NCBI GenBank assembly: GCA_965287045.1
Contig: OZ336875.1
Coordinates: 109,740,001-109,804,000 of the forward strand
Length of the DNA: 64,000 nt
Origin: Carcharhinus amblyrhynchos
Lineage: Eukaryota
Direction of reading: 5' to 3'
Of this stretch, positions 25,849 through 39,624 are shown in pieces. The stretch's first letter is position 1. Every line of letters begins with the position of its first letter. Below the pieces are notes generated by a model that was given only the letters and a program-made list of their open reading frames with translations, searched no databases and was not told the origin of the DNA. The position numbers and the translations under genes are program-made.

Positions 25849-26772
25849 GTAAATAAACATCAGAGTATGTGTTCCTCAGAGATATGCTACTTTTAAAATA
25901 CTAAACAGAAGGTGACATAGCAGAAGTACCCCTTATGTCTCCATGCCAAGCTCTGACTCTACAATGCCAATTGACCTACTGTACTTTCGAGAACTAGTAA
26001 AGATTATGATGTAAAGTGAGATGTGCAACAAAAAGCACTGAAAAAAATGTACTCCATTGATAATTTTTCCGATGGGGAAACAAGATCTGAAATGAAAGCG
26101 AATAAAAGTGTCAATCATCAGGCCCTTTGAAGTTGCAAAAACCACAAGCACTTAAAACCAATTGAGCCATATAAACAAACATAGTGAAGTTGATATAAAC
26201 GGAAAAACTCAGCAGGCTTGGTAGCATCTGGGGTGAGAGGAACAGAGTTAATGATTTTAATCCTTATTGACTCTTTCAGAGCTGAAGAGAGGTAGAAATT
26301 TGAATAGAATAGTGACTGCAGAAATCACAGAACCTGAGCTGTTACTCAAGCAATGTTTACACTGGGGAGCAGGTGTTCTGTTTTTCAAATACATGTCTGG
26401 GCTCTCAGCTAAGCAGATATAATGAAACCCAGATGAATGACACTTTTTTTTTGCTTTCAGCCCAGGAATTTATAGTCCTAGGGGAAATTTATCAGTGGAA
26501 TAGATTGTTTTCAAAGCTTTTTAAAATACGTTCCATTTTAGATTGTGATATTCATTGGTTCTAGAAAGTGCACAATGGGTCAATGAATATGGAAATGCCA
26601 GTTTTGGTTATGTGAACGCATGATCAGTACTCCCTCCCATTGTCCAGATAAATTATTCCAAGTTGCAAGCCATTGCTACACTATGGAGAATGCACAGTGG
26701 CTGTTAACACCGTTCTTACGATAAGCTGATTTATCTGCAGCCCTCTTTGTTAAGTATCAATTTCAGAAACAG

Positions 26773-27011
26773 TGGCTGCTATTTTATGACCTCGCTCGGA
26801 CAAGGCTCGTAAAATCCCGTCCACAGCCAACAGAGAATTCTGTTCTGTGGGGTGGGCGTGGTGTTAAAATTCCAGCTAATGACTCAGGGTGGGATTTCTG
26901 GCCATGTTCACCTCAAAACCGGAAAATCCCGCCCAAGGTCAGCAGACCTTTGCAAGGTCCATCTCCTGCCCACCATGATTCCTGTGGCAGGCAGGACGAG
27001 AGAAATCCCCA
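26773..27011. mobile_element. Two adjacent Harbinger-type MITEs (~26773-26877 and ~26887-27011)
   Basis: Both share the aaaatcccg-cc..ggtca/gcca.c core and TIR-like ends with 4565, 22024 and 41510. Confidence 0.6.
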
Positions 27012-28301
27012 CTGAGAGTACAAGGAATTTGAAGTTAGCAAGGACACTGCCAATAAGAGGTGTGAATTCCACAAATGGCTTTACTCATCTGATAGTATGG
27101 GGCTTGAATATTTCTGTAAAAAGGGACAGTTGCCAAGTTGTGTCCATTTAAGAGAAGGCTACCCACACAGGGTCATTTAATCAAGGATTTTCTGGATCCC
27201 CAAGGTACTTCTGAGTCTGTATAGAAATTACAAAAGTCACCTGACTTTTGGTGGTCATCTTAATAGGTTGCTGTTTCATTTCTTTTAAAACTAAGTGATT
27301 TTTCCATAAGTGAATACAAATCACTTTTTTATAAGGCATGGCCTTGCAACAGTTTGTTTTAAATTGAATAGCAGCTGTTGATTGTGCAGAAGTAACCAAA
27401 GGCATTTAATAAGTAGTGACATCATTCTTTTGAAACCATATTCGCTCTTTAGCAATATTTAGAAACAGCTTTTCAAAGTGATTAGAGTTTATCTGCACAA
27501 AGTTTTAGATTACACAGTGCCCAAGAGGATAGAAAAATCTTCTTTCAGAAGAAAAGCCATAAGAAGTGATTTATGTCCATTGTTGGGTGGTACCAAGGAT
27601 TGAGCAAAAATTCCAGAAGTTGCAACTTTGTCCTTCTGTTGTTTTACACAGAGTGTAAATAGTGTTCACATTCTTTGGCCTCTAGGCACATTGGAGGCAC
27701 TAGAAGTTTTTAGAAAAACAACAATTTCTTCATTCAGTTTCTTCTGTTTTAGACACTTTGACTAGTGAAATTACTGCTACAATGTTGACTTGATTACTGG
27801 CAAGATATGTAAAATAAAATCACGTGGAACGACATGACTGGCCAACTTTGATTTTATGGACTGTCTGTGGATGCAAAAATTACCATCATAATTTTTTTTT
27901 GCCAACTGTAGCTAATCAGCTTTGCTAAGGAAAACAAGCTATAAATTTCACTTGAAAATTGAATTCTATTGGGAAAAGGACATTGATTTTTTTTTAAAAA
28001 AAAGAACCTGAAGGCAGCGTTGTTGTTTTTGGCAAAATAAGCGGAGCCAAAATAATTTTGAAGAATGCACAGCCCTATTGTTGCCAAAGGCACTTTGTAA
28101 TAAAGACATTCAATTTATTAATAAAAGCATCTCTGTCAGGTTAACACTGGCATCCTGAAGAAAAGATTTTGGCATGCTGTGAAGTCCATTTGGACAAACC
28201 TACTTTCTTAACAGTATCTCTGATATCTTAAGCGTGGTCATTTGATTTGTTCTTTCACTCCAATTACCGAATCCTGTCTGAAAACCTACTTCTCCATTCA
28301 G

Positions 28302-28379
28302 GCCACCTTGGACAAAGTCTGGATAACCTCGGATCCTGGAATTTCTTCTCAAACTGAAAACCATTACCAGCAAATAAAG
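28302..28379 (+). CDS. LRRIQ1: LRRIQ1 exon
   Basis: ctccattcag|GCC...AAG|gtaatg; ATLDKVWITSDPGISSQTENHYQQIK (cf. AALEEEWLALDS); phase 0/0. Confidence 0.85.
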
Positions 28380-30309
28380 GTAATGTGCTGCATTATAGAA
28401 ACCTGTTCATTACATTTCTATTTTAAAAGAACTTTACTATCATGTGACATTGGGATAATTAGTGAAAAAAATACTGGGGTGTAAAATATGTTACTTCAGA
28501 GTTCTCTGACATATGCCACCAGCAACAGATGAAATTTGTCATGTTGCTTTTCTCCAAATGCAAAAATAAATTTGTTCCTTTATCTTGTTTTTCAGCCATT
28601 TACGCCGCAGTAGCAAATAAGTGATGTACCACAGCTGTAAATTTGGCACAGAATTAGAAAACAAAGAATAAAAATGTGGTTTGATTAAAAAGAAAATGAC
28701 AGAAGCAAAGTTTCAGACAGATCTAGAAACCGATTCAAAGAATCGTAATAAACCAAAACTTTGCACACATTTAAACATATTAATTAGCAGCAATTTGATT
28801 TGTCTATTTACTTATCCTTTGCATCTTTTATTTTTCTATATACTATATTCGAGAGGAGAAGGGTTAGTTGCAGTTATCCATATGAAGGGAAGCATGAATA
28901 GTTATACATATTGCACGCCATCACAAACTTGATATGTTAAACCAGAAATTGTTTTACTTTGGAAGAAAGGTTAATAGTGAGAAACATATCCAATTGTTGA
29001 TGAAATAATGTTCCCACAAACAAATTGCAAACTGGGAGAGTAAATCCTAGAAACAAACGATTTCCAGTCCTCCCAATAGTCTTGTAATGGGCTTGGAATT
29101 CCACCCAAAGTGGTGTCGTAAGAATGGAATGTAGCATACAAAATAGTGGCTTGGCAGCATACTCAGAAAACTGGGAAGTCAGTAAAGATTTACCAGCTCA
29201 CATTTTCTTCATGGCTAAGGGGGTTTTGCACATCTCAGGACTGCTGATTGTTTTGCTTTTTGAATATTTTCACATTGTATTTGGGTTTTATTGCAATCCT
29301 TTTGTAGCTGGATATCATCAGCACTTGTGACCGACGCTCATCTTATAAGTCAGTTTAAATTCTCTTGCACGCAAACAGGTTTGTAAGTACTTTTTTTGTG
29401 TTTAAATTGCCATTAACTCTAATCTTCTTTCCCAGCTTTGTTGCCGCCAAATGTCTCCATTGCATTATTCTCGCTGCAGGAAATTTATACATTTAAATAA
29501 GTTTTAAAATGCAAATTAGTTAAGTATTGAGAATGATGTCAGAATCCTATTCATTAAACAAAAAAATGGCAATTCTCCATTCCATAAGGATGAATCCTTT
29601 CTTTTGTAACAAATAAAAGTTGTGTTCTTTTTTAAAGAAGAAACCTTTTGGGCAAATTTCAAATTTGTGAAGAGAATGAGTAAGAAGCTGCTTCTTTAGA
29701 ACTGTGTTTGCCTGTGAATGCTGTGGGGGATTTTTTTTGCTTCTTAAAATGGTTCTTAACAGATATACAAAATAATTAAGAGAATGCAAAAGGCAGATCT
29801 GGGATGTTACTTGAAATTAAATTGAGAGAGCTGGGGATAGGAGGATGCAATTAGTAAATGAATTAACAAAAGGTAAATTTGGCGTTGAAATCATGAAATT
29901 AATCTTCAAGCAAAGAACTACTGGGGTAGATTTGTGGGGTGAAAAGCCTGGAATATTCAAAACACAGTTGAATACTGCAAAGAAGAATTTGGCATCTCTT
30001 TGAATAGCTAAATTAAGTTGGACTGAATGGTCTTCCTTATCCATTAACTATTGAGTCATATTATGAACAGTTAGAAATAGTAATAGAAACATCGGAATCA
30101 GAAAATTTCCTGCTGGTGAGCCAAGTGTGCATAAGTAAATTCTGCAGCAATGTGAAAATTTGGAAGCAGCATTTGTCCTCTATTTACCAACCTGTTAAAT
30201 TACATTTTTCCCGATAGAATGTCTGCAGTGACTTAAGGCCTATGCCTTAACTTGCAGTATATTTTTAATTATTTCCTGAATGTCAATATACATGATAAAT
30301 ATTTTCCAG

Positions 30310-30452
30310 AGCCCCGCTCATAATACTGCTGATTCATTTGGCTTATCAAGGCACCTGCAGCAAGCTTGGCAAGATGATGATATCAATTCTGTTGAAAAAT
30401 TTGGATCTCCATCCTTTTCATCATCAACCACCAGTGTTCTGCAATCTCCCAG
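30310..30452 (+). CDS. LRRIQ1: LRRIQ1 exon
   Basis: attttccag|AGC...AG|gtataa; SPAHNTADSFGLSRHLQQAWQDDD... (QAW motif); phase 0/2. Confidence 0.82.
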
Positions 30453-32570
30453 GTATAAACTGGCTAAATATCGAACTATAATGGAATTTTTATTGTAAGA
30501 ATACACCAGGGGTTATGATTTTAACTCTATCTAAGTGAACGTATTTTGAATGTATTGAGGTAAGACCCTTTGGGTTTTATTTTCAATTCAGGTTCAGGAA
30601 CACAACACCTGTAAAATTTCTGGGTCCCGACTTCAGTCTTCAAATCTAAACGCCACAATTGGTCTGGAGGTGATGTTGGCGCTCAATTACTGGCACCAAG
30701 CACCACCAGGAGGCAAGAGCTGCCTGCAAAGCATGACTGACAAAGGTAGATGGCAATCATAATGGAGTCTGCCACTACCTTGCAGTGGAGAGGAGGCATC
30801 ACTTTAAAGGGCCAGTCACTTCAAGGTGTAGAAAAGGTCAAACGGCTAAATGAAACAAAGTGCATCCAATATAGCACAGGAGCCTCTAATTCCTAAAATT
30901 TCGCAGCTTAAAAATAAAAGACATTACATTTCTGCCTGCTTTGAGCCCAACAGCTGTGAACCAACATGTACATAACTATTCAGGTCTGTCAATTTACAAA
31001 TTGAAAATCACGTTCTCACCCTTTGAGACCCATTAATAAGCTACACAGCGGCTTAATATGCCCTTAATTAGAGGCAAGCGGATTCCTCATTCCGTTCCCC
31101 TTGTGCTTGTTTAAAAATTGAGTGGTGACCAAAGCATTGGAATCCTGGGCTTCAAAGCTGGTGGCATTTACTACAAAAGCAGGAAAGTTATATTGACGTT
31201 GCTCAGAGCAATGCCTTAACCAATCAAGGCTGAGCTGCCTAGTTTAAATGTCAAACAGTGCTATGCAGTTAAGCATCAGTCACCATTAATTGGTACATTC
31301 TTTATGACAACACCTCTACCAATCAGAGCCCACTTCCCAACCAGTCAGCACCCTCTTCTCATACAGTATAAATTGTTGTTTTCCCCTTATGTTGGTATTC
31401 TAACTAACGAGCAAAAAGCTTTGATGTGTCTCTTTTTTCAGCAATACCCAGTTATATATATATATTTGAAAAGGAAGAATATGAAAACATGCACATAAAG
31501 AACAGAGAAATGGAAACCAAATAGATTGCTCTTATCTAAACTGGTGCTAATGAGAAGTCTTGAAATGGGGCTGGAAGCCTCACTGCCCCATTAATTCCAA
31601 GAAAGAGGACAAATCCATTTTGAAAGAGGCTAATGCCTGAGGTACCTGCCTGCTTCAGCAATCAGAACATTTCCAAACACAAATTGGAATCATAGAAGCT
31701 TGCATTATTGTTTTTGATGGGATATGGTGAGCATGTGTCATATATCATTCCCATGAGATCAAAGCCAATGCTGTATTTATGTACATACCATAGGAGCTGG
31801 AATGCAGCTCTGGATCACACAGAAATAGTCTCTGCCATTGGGTCCCCCTCATCGCAAAGCAAACCTACCGTCCCGCCACTCCACTCCATTGACCTTGATT
31901 GGGGTTGAAATGGCCTAATACTAGTTAGTCTTGATTCACTGAGCTGCATTGGGATAGCCAAACTGCAAACCATCTTGATTTAAATGAAGCTGGTACCTTG
32001 AAACCATGGCTGCCACATCACTGCGTCAGATGAGAGCTAGCTGACATGTTCCACTGGTTGTTCACCCAAAATTGGCCCAATGGCTCCATAGGTAAAGTTA
32101 GCAGTCTCACAGATGCAATGGACTTAACAGCCTGCTTCTGTGATTACCATGATTCTGTGAACAGATTAAAGCTATCTTATTGAGCATACCAATCAAGAGT
32201 GTTTCGGCGTCACTGGCAGTAAGCAGGCACCTCGCAATTTCAGTCAGCTTCATACAAGAGACATAAAAGGTTGGCTTTAAGATCCAGCTTGAGATTGGTA
32301 AAGTGAACCTTTGATCTTGATGCTGAATTGGCTGTAAATGTAAGGTAACACCTATGATTCAGGACAGTATCGCTCCTCAGCATTCAAATATTAATGAATA
32401 ATTCAAGTTTTGCTCCTCTGACCTGCACTCCTCACCTCCCCCCACCCACCCCCCCACACACACAGGCACATTTCTACCTATTATTTTAATATACAAGATA
32501 GTTTGAACAGAAATGCTCCTTTAACAGTATCAAAAATTGAATTTTTTTTCCCTGTCATTTGATCACGCAG

Positions 32571-32657
32571 CAGAACTGTGTCAAGATTCTCTGAGGGTAC
32601 ATCTTGCAATAAGCAGTGCTTCGGGTCAGAAAAAGAAGAACAAATCTCACTAGAATG
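32571..32657 (+). CDS. LRRIQ1: LRRIQ1 exon (alternative NAGNAG acceptor would start at 32574)
   Basis: cacgcag|CAG...TG|gtaagc; RTVSRFSEG...SEKEEQISLE(W), cf. SEKEKKISEEW; phase 2/2. Confidence 0.88.
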
Positions 32658-33128
32658 GTAAGCAAAGCTATTACTTTACAAAGCTAGTTTTTCACTAATT
32701 GAATAACTGTAAAATAAATAAAGCTTCTTGCTTAGTACTTACTGCTACATTTATAAAAAAAAATCAATCTTCTCAAAACTCCCAAATTAAAAATGAGGCA
32801 TTTGTCAAGTTACTTTAAACATTTTGGCACTCTGCATTTGAATTTCAATGCAACTTAATGTTTTCCATAATACCTAAAAAAAAGATTTATAGCACACATT
32901 CATCAGCAGGCATTATTACACCAGAATTAGAATAGATGAATAGAAAAAAGTAGTATTCCATAAAACTTGAAAAAGCTATAAACTTTTCCTTCCGTGTTGA
33001 TGGTCTATAAGGTAAGTTTAGTTGATGTTCTTACTTGACTTTCTTGCTGAAATATAATTTATTGTGAAGTCTTTCTAGGAAATTGCATTAACTCCAGCTA
33101 TTTATCTTTTTGTTCTTGTTACTGATAG

Positions 33129-33217
33129 GGGCTTTAAGGATGCTCACACTGCACAGCTAATGCTGAAACGAGCCCAGAAAATGAAATCCAAGAAAGCAGA
33201 GGCTAAAAGATTGCAGG
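33129..33217 (+). CDS. LRRIQ1: LRRIQ1 exon, conserved C-terminal block
   Basis: ctgatag|G...G|gtatgt; (W)GFKDAHTAQLMLKRAQKMKSKKAEAKRLQ; phase 2/1. Confidence 0.95.
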
Positions 33218-34513
33218 GTATGTTTATATTCCCCCCTGCAACTTGGCAGTCATCCAGTGGCACTGAGTGAAGGGCAAAGAATTGGGTTCCATTCACATAT
33301 TCTTTATAGATAAGTGTTAACTCTTTCATCCAACCAAAGTGTGTGAGTCTTGAATCAAATGTGTACAAGTTTACTGCTCTGACATCCACGAACATGTCTT
33401 CTGAGTGTGATTATAACTACAGGATTGTAAGCTTCCTTGCATGTTAATTCCGAATTATTATTCAAATGCATAATAGTTGGTGAGCCCTCGATGATTCAAA
33501 ATTAATTTAATGACACAGTTAATGTATTACCTGCCCCTTTAACAAAAGATTTAGTTTTCCGTTCAGGCAGAAAGAATTGAATGCTGAAGCAATCCCACTC
33601 CCTCTTTCCTTGCACTTTATTCTGAGCCTACATTTCTTTCTAGCCAGGTATTTGCCAATTTCTCTGATCTTCCCCTTTCTGAACCTGAGTTCTCAACAAG
33701 GCTCTTGGTTTCATCCATTTATGTCCAACCTCAGTGAATTCTAAGCTCAACACAATGCCCTTTTTTCTGATGCCTTTGGTTCCATTCTACCTTTTTGGAT
33801 CACAAATCACTCTTCTTCACTCTGTGTCACATGTTCTTAATGATAGGAACCCTTCAGAATGGCATCATCGGTTGATCTTTTTATTGACAATAAAATTTCC
33901 TTGCACTTGGATTTCACGTTCTCGCAGTTCCAACCATGGTATTATTATCATAAAATCTGCTGTTAAATCTGCTGTATGACAAAATAAAGTTGATGATCTT
34001 ACTCCTCATCCAATTTCCCATCGTCAAACACTAAACCATCAATTCCCGAGCTGCTATTCATCCAATTTGTTTTTCAGCTTCTTGCTTCCAGCCTTATATT
34101 TTTGCAAACTCTGTAAGCTCAATTTCTTACTCCTATGTAAAATGTGCAGAGACTAGATGAATTGTTTCAGTCTGCCTCTATCCCATTGAACTTATTTTCT
34201 TTTGACACCGTTCTCCCCCCCATAACTGCCCCACAAAAAAACTCCTAGCTAGCCAAGCCCTTGTACTGCATTGACAATTTCATTTTCTCCAGCCCCAAAT
34301 ATTTCTGTTTCATGCTGGATATACACTTCCTGAACACATTTTTCTCAAGCGGAATGCTCTCTGGACTCTTCATTCTTGAAAGGAGGCCTGTTGGTCACCA
34401 TCCTTCCACCTGCCCGAACTTGTTCTCATCCTGAAAACTCACTCAATTCTACTCTCTTCCATCATTTGGAATTTGCGTGGATGCCAACTATGGGTTTTTT
34501 TTATAGGACTTGT

Positions 34514-36960
34514 AGAACATAGAACACTACAGCGCAGAGCAGGCCCTTCAGCCCACGATGTTGCGCCGACCAGTTAAAAAACAATGACCCTGTAACCTAA
34601 ACCAAACCCTTTCCATCCATAAACCTATCCACGGATCTCTTAAACGCCCCCAAACTAGGTGCATTTACAACTGCAGCAGGCAGGGCATTCCAATCCCTCA
34701 CCACCCTCTGGGTAAAGAACCTACCCCTGACATCCGTCCTATAACTGCCACCCCTTAATTTAAAGCTATGCCCCCTCGTGCTAGCTTTCTCCATCCGAGG
34801 AAAAAGGCTATCACTGTCCACCCTATCTAAACCTCTAATCATCTTATATGTTTCAATAAGGTCCCCTCGTAGCCGCCTTCTTTCTAACGAAAACAACCTC
34901 AAATCCCTCAGTCTCTCCTCATAGGACCTCCCCTCCATACCAGGCAACATCCTGGTAAACCTCCTCTGCACCCTCTCCAAAGCCTCCACATCTTTCCTAT
35001 AATGTGGGGACCAGAACTGCACACAATACTCCAAGTGCAGCCGCACCAGAGTTTTGTACAGTTGCAACATGACGCTGCGGCTCCTAAATTCAATCCCCCT
35101 ACCAATAAACGCCAAGACACCGTATGCCTTCCTAATAACCCTATCTACTTGATTCCCAACTTTCAGGGATCTATGTACACATATACCTAGATCCCTCTGT
35201 TCATCCACACTATTCAGAGTCCTACCGTTAGCCTTATACTCTACACATCCGTTATTCCTGCCAGAGTTAATTACTTCACACTTTTCCACATTAAACTCCA
35301 TCCTCCACCTCTCGGCCCAGCTCTGCAACTTGTCTAAGTCTCCCTGTAGACTAAGACACCCTTCCTCACTATCTACCACACCTCCGACTTTGGTGTCATC
35401 AGCAAATTTACTAATCCACCCAACTATACCCTCATCCAGATCATTTATAAAAATTACAAACAGCAGTGGCCCCAAAACAGATCCCTGAGGCACACCACTC
35501 GTAACTGAACTCCATGTCGAATACTTACCATCAACCACCACCCTCTGTCTCCTATCCGCCAGCCAATTCCTAATCCAATTTCCTAAATCACCCTCAATCC
35601 CATACATCTGCAATTTCTGCAGAAGGCTTCCATGGTGAACCTTATCAAACGCCTTACTAAAGTCCATATATACCACGTCAACTGCCTTACCCCCCATCTA
35701 CCTCTTTGGTCACTTTCTCAAAAAACTCAATAAGGTTAGTAAGGCACGACCTACCCTCCACAAAACCATGCTGACTATCTCTAACCATTTCATTACTCTC
35801 CAAATAACTATAAATCCTATCCCTAATAATTTTTTCTAAAACCTTGCCCACAACAGAAGTAAGACTCACCGGTCTATAATTCCCGGGGAAGTCTCTGTTC
35901 CCCTTCTTAAACAATGGGACAACATTCGCTAACCTCCAATCTTCTGGCACTATACCGGTGACCAACGATGACCTGAAGATCAGAGCCAGAGGCTCTGCAA
36001 TCGCCTCCCTTGCCTCCCAGAGAATCCTAGGGTAAATCCTGTCCGGCCCAGGGGACTTATCTATTTTCAAACCCTCAAGAATACCTAGCACATCCTCCTT
36101 ATCAACTGCAATACTGTCCAGTTTACAACCCTGTAACCTAGTGTTCTCCACAGCTACATTTATGTCCCCCTGCGTGAACACCGAAGAGAAATATTGGTTC
36201 AATGCCTCTCCAATCTCTTCCGGTTCCACACATAAATTCCCACTGCTGTCTCTAACTGGTCCTAATCTTGCCCTAACCAACTTTTTGTTCTTAACATATC
36301 TATAGAACGCCTTAGGATTCTCCTTAATCCTATCAGCCAAAGTCTTCGCATGTCCTCTTTTAGCCCTTCTTAACTCTCTCTTTAACTCCCTCCTAGCCAA
36401 TCTAAAGCTTTCTAGTGCACTACCCGAGCCCTCAAGTCTCATCCAGACATAAGCCTCCTTTTTCTTTTTAACCAGCGAATCAACTTTCCTAGTGCACCAC
36501 GGTTCCCTAGCTCGACCAATTCCTCCCTGCCTGACAGGGACATACACATCAAGGACTCGCAGTAGCTGCTCCTTGAAAAAACTTCACATTTCGGACGTTC
36601 CGAGACCCTGTAGTCTCCTAGTCCAACCTACGCTTCCTAATTCTCCCCTAATAGCCTCATAATTACCCTTCCCCCAGCTAAAACTACTGACCCGAGGTTC
36701 ATGCCTATCCCTTTCCATCACTAAGGTGAACGTAACCGAATTGTGGTCACTATCACCAAAATGCACCCCAACTTCCAAGTCTAGCACCTGGTCTGGCTCA
36801 TTTCCCAGCACCAAATCCAATATAGCCTCACCTCTAGTTGGCCTATCAACATACTGAGTCAAGAAACCTTCCTGCACACTTTGTACAAAAACTGACCCTT
36901 CTAATGAGCTAGAGCTATAGCTATTCCAATCAATATTAGTAAAGTTAAAGTCCCCCATTG
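34514..36960 (-). mobile_element. Young 5'-truncated CR1 LINE (~2.45 kb: end of endonuclease plus RT ORF2)
   Basis: ORFs 36584-36973 (GDFN..IDW, LDLVL, SDHN), 35687-36547 (KSPGPD, NYRPVSLTS, QHGF), 34597-35697 (YMDFSKAFDKV, GVPQGSVLGP, KFADD); one stop (36584) and one frameshift (~35690); (gttctat) tail. Confidence 0.97.
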
Positions 36961-36964
36961 TGGA

Positions 36965-37225
36965 ACACTCCATTCAATCTGACATAGGCCTTCACCCTAA
37001 AACGTTCCTTGTAGAATATAAAATATTCCATGTCACTATTTCAAAGAAGAATAGGAGAGCTATTCTCAGTATTCTGGTCTCTATTTATCCCTCACTGTAA
37101 CAGAAAACATTTTCATCACTTTCAGTGTTTGTGGGTGCTTGCCGTAAGCAAATTGGCGGCTGTGTTTCCTACATTATGTTAAGGACTCCAGTACAAAAGT
37201 GCTTAATTGCTATAAAGCGATTAAT
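36965..37225 (+). mobile_element. Deu/AmnSINE-like SINE relic
   Basis: cactatttcaaagaaga...gcaaattggcggctgtgtttcctacatt...aaaagtgcttaattgctataaagcg. Confidence 0.55.
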
Positions 37226-37789
37226 ACACATATTCACATGAAGGAGAAGTCGTGACATTCATTTTACTCGCCTGACATTACAAATGGATGTGGTGCATGT
37301 CTGAATGTCAGCAAACGATGTGTTGGTTGTTGGAAACCCCAAATTAATATTTAAATTAAACTCTGGCCGGTTTCAAGGCATTGCCTTCGTTCACGGGAAA
37401 TGACATGGAGTAACAATTATACTTATTTTTCTAACAGGTCATTCTAATTTTCCAAGCATAAATCAATCAGAAATAAACAAAACAATCAAGATTTTAATTT
37501 TTGGCAATGTTTTTTCCACAGTCATCAGTTATAAGTCCACTAATTCCCAAAGCCACCGGGATCATCTGTTTCTTAGAAAACTCTTCCTCCTCTTTTCTGT
37601 CTAGCTATTGCAATTGCACAGAAAATTCCACATGCTAAACCAGAGCTTCTGAAATCTGCTTTCCCTCTCCTGAGTTTCCCTCTTGACAGTGGTTGACTAG
37701 ATCCTTGATTTTTGCCCTTCTCATTTCCCATGTTTCTGTTTGTCCTACTTCCTCTCACAACATCTAAGTCCTCCTACTCCTCACTTAAC

Positions 37790-38455
37790 CCAGCAAATAC
37801 TGTGTTTATCGGGGGCTCCACACCAATGAGTTTGAAGGTGGGAGGATCATGAAATTCAGCACATGGCCTGCATGGCCATCCCTCTCCCAAATTTCATGGA
37901 GGATGGTGGAGGCACCAGGTGCCCTGCCTGCCCTTGAGGCCCTTAAGTGACCAAAGAATGATCACTTGAGTGGTACATACCACTCCCACCACCATTGTAC
38001 GTATGGCAGGTGGGCCCCATAGAATGTGATAAGCTCCACAGCTTTAGCTGTTGGGTCGGTGTTGGGCAAGTGGGTAAGGACCTCCTTTGCGGTTCCATTG
38101 TGGCCCCCACCCCTCCCCTGGCCTGAGAGTCATCCTTCCAGCCTTTATCTTAGGCTCTCAAACATAGCTGTCTTTAAATCCGGGCTCCTTTTCATCCAGA
38201 TTGCCTCTTATCCCAGTAGTGACCACCAGTCCCATCAAACAGAGCTGGGACAACAGAACTGCCAGCTGTCCAATTGGTCAGCATCTCTCTAAGGCAAGAC
38301 CTCTTCAAGTGATGGGGCGAGTCTCACCTCAAAGCAATTAATGTTGCTCAAGGAATTAAATTATTGAGGATCAGCAACTACTATCGTGGGTGGGCAGGCC
38401 ACTGACTATGTAGGTGGGTGGTAGGGACCACATTGTCCAGTAAAATCCAGCCGTT
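37790..38455. mobile_element. Probable non-autonomous Harbinger-like element
   Basis: GC-richer block ending in gtaaaatccagcc, the MITE-family TIR. Confidence 0.45.
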
Positions 38456-39624
38456 TTTCTGTACCTATCCTGTGACCCTTGCTGGAATGAAATGTGCAGA
38501 GATATCAAGTGAGGGTAAGACCAAGCTCAATTGAGATAGACAACCAGTCAACACTCTTTGGACTCGCACGTGAATAATGACAGCTTGATTAACATTTCAA
38601 ATGAAGTATAATCATTCCCTGTAGAACTGCAACCCGCAGATTCAACGACATCAAGGGGAAAAGACAGAAAATTGATGAAAATGGGAAAAAACGAAAAATA
38701 ACTTATTTAAGACCAGATATCAAACTGATGGAAACATTCCAAGATGGTCCAATAGAGTTTCAACATTGTATCTCAAACTGACTTGATGTGCCCCATGGGG
38801 CTGACTTTCATCAGTCTCAGAATATTCAGGAAAGGGAGGGAAAAAATATTATCTGGCAAGGAATTTCTTTCCAAGTCACACAAATATGCCTTTTGGCTGT
38901 CTGCCCATTGACAGCATCCATCGATATGTCATTGTATTGGCACCGCTCTGGTTTCTGAGTAAGAAGGGTGGGAATGTGAGAAATTATGAACAAAAATAAA
39001 GATTCAAAGATGAATCACAAACTTAAAAATAGCACACCAATGGCTTCTTTGTGCAAATTACATAAATCAGGACAAAGTAAAGAAAATTATGCCTGAATGT
39101 TCATTGCTTGGGGCTTTTTCCTTTTAAAGTCATACCTATAAACCCTAATGGTCTGTACTTCCTCCATGCACCGCAATCAGAACGTTTTTGGTCTCTCAGC
39201 AGGAAATAAATTGTGCTATGATGATCTGTATTCCAAATGGCCACATATGTTATTGTGGTACTAGTTGTACCTTGTAGACCTTGCTACATTTAACTCATGG
39301 CCAAAGAGAATTATCTTCATAGGCGGTATCTTCAGAGAGAATCTGATGCAAAGTTGTGCTGTCTAAAGGAACATCTGCAGCTCACATGCAGTCTCAACAG
39401 AGGCCTTTCCAAAGACTTTTGAAACTTATGTCACCTTAATATTTCAGTCACATTTAATTGCTCGACCCCTTCAATTCCACCCACGCCATTTTTCACATAT
39501 ATCACTGGTGTCAGCCTTAAGTCAGTGGTAACATACTCACCTCTGAGTCCAAGCCTTATGCAGATGCAGTACAGCATGGCTAAATTGAAGTTATACACTT
39601 CGGTGTGAAACACAGAAAGGAAGA

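Noticed and set aside
34597-36973. Host reverse-transcriptase gene or autonomous LINE
   Set aside because: 5'-truncated CR1 ORF2 with a stop and a frameshift; no ORF1.
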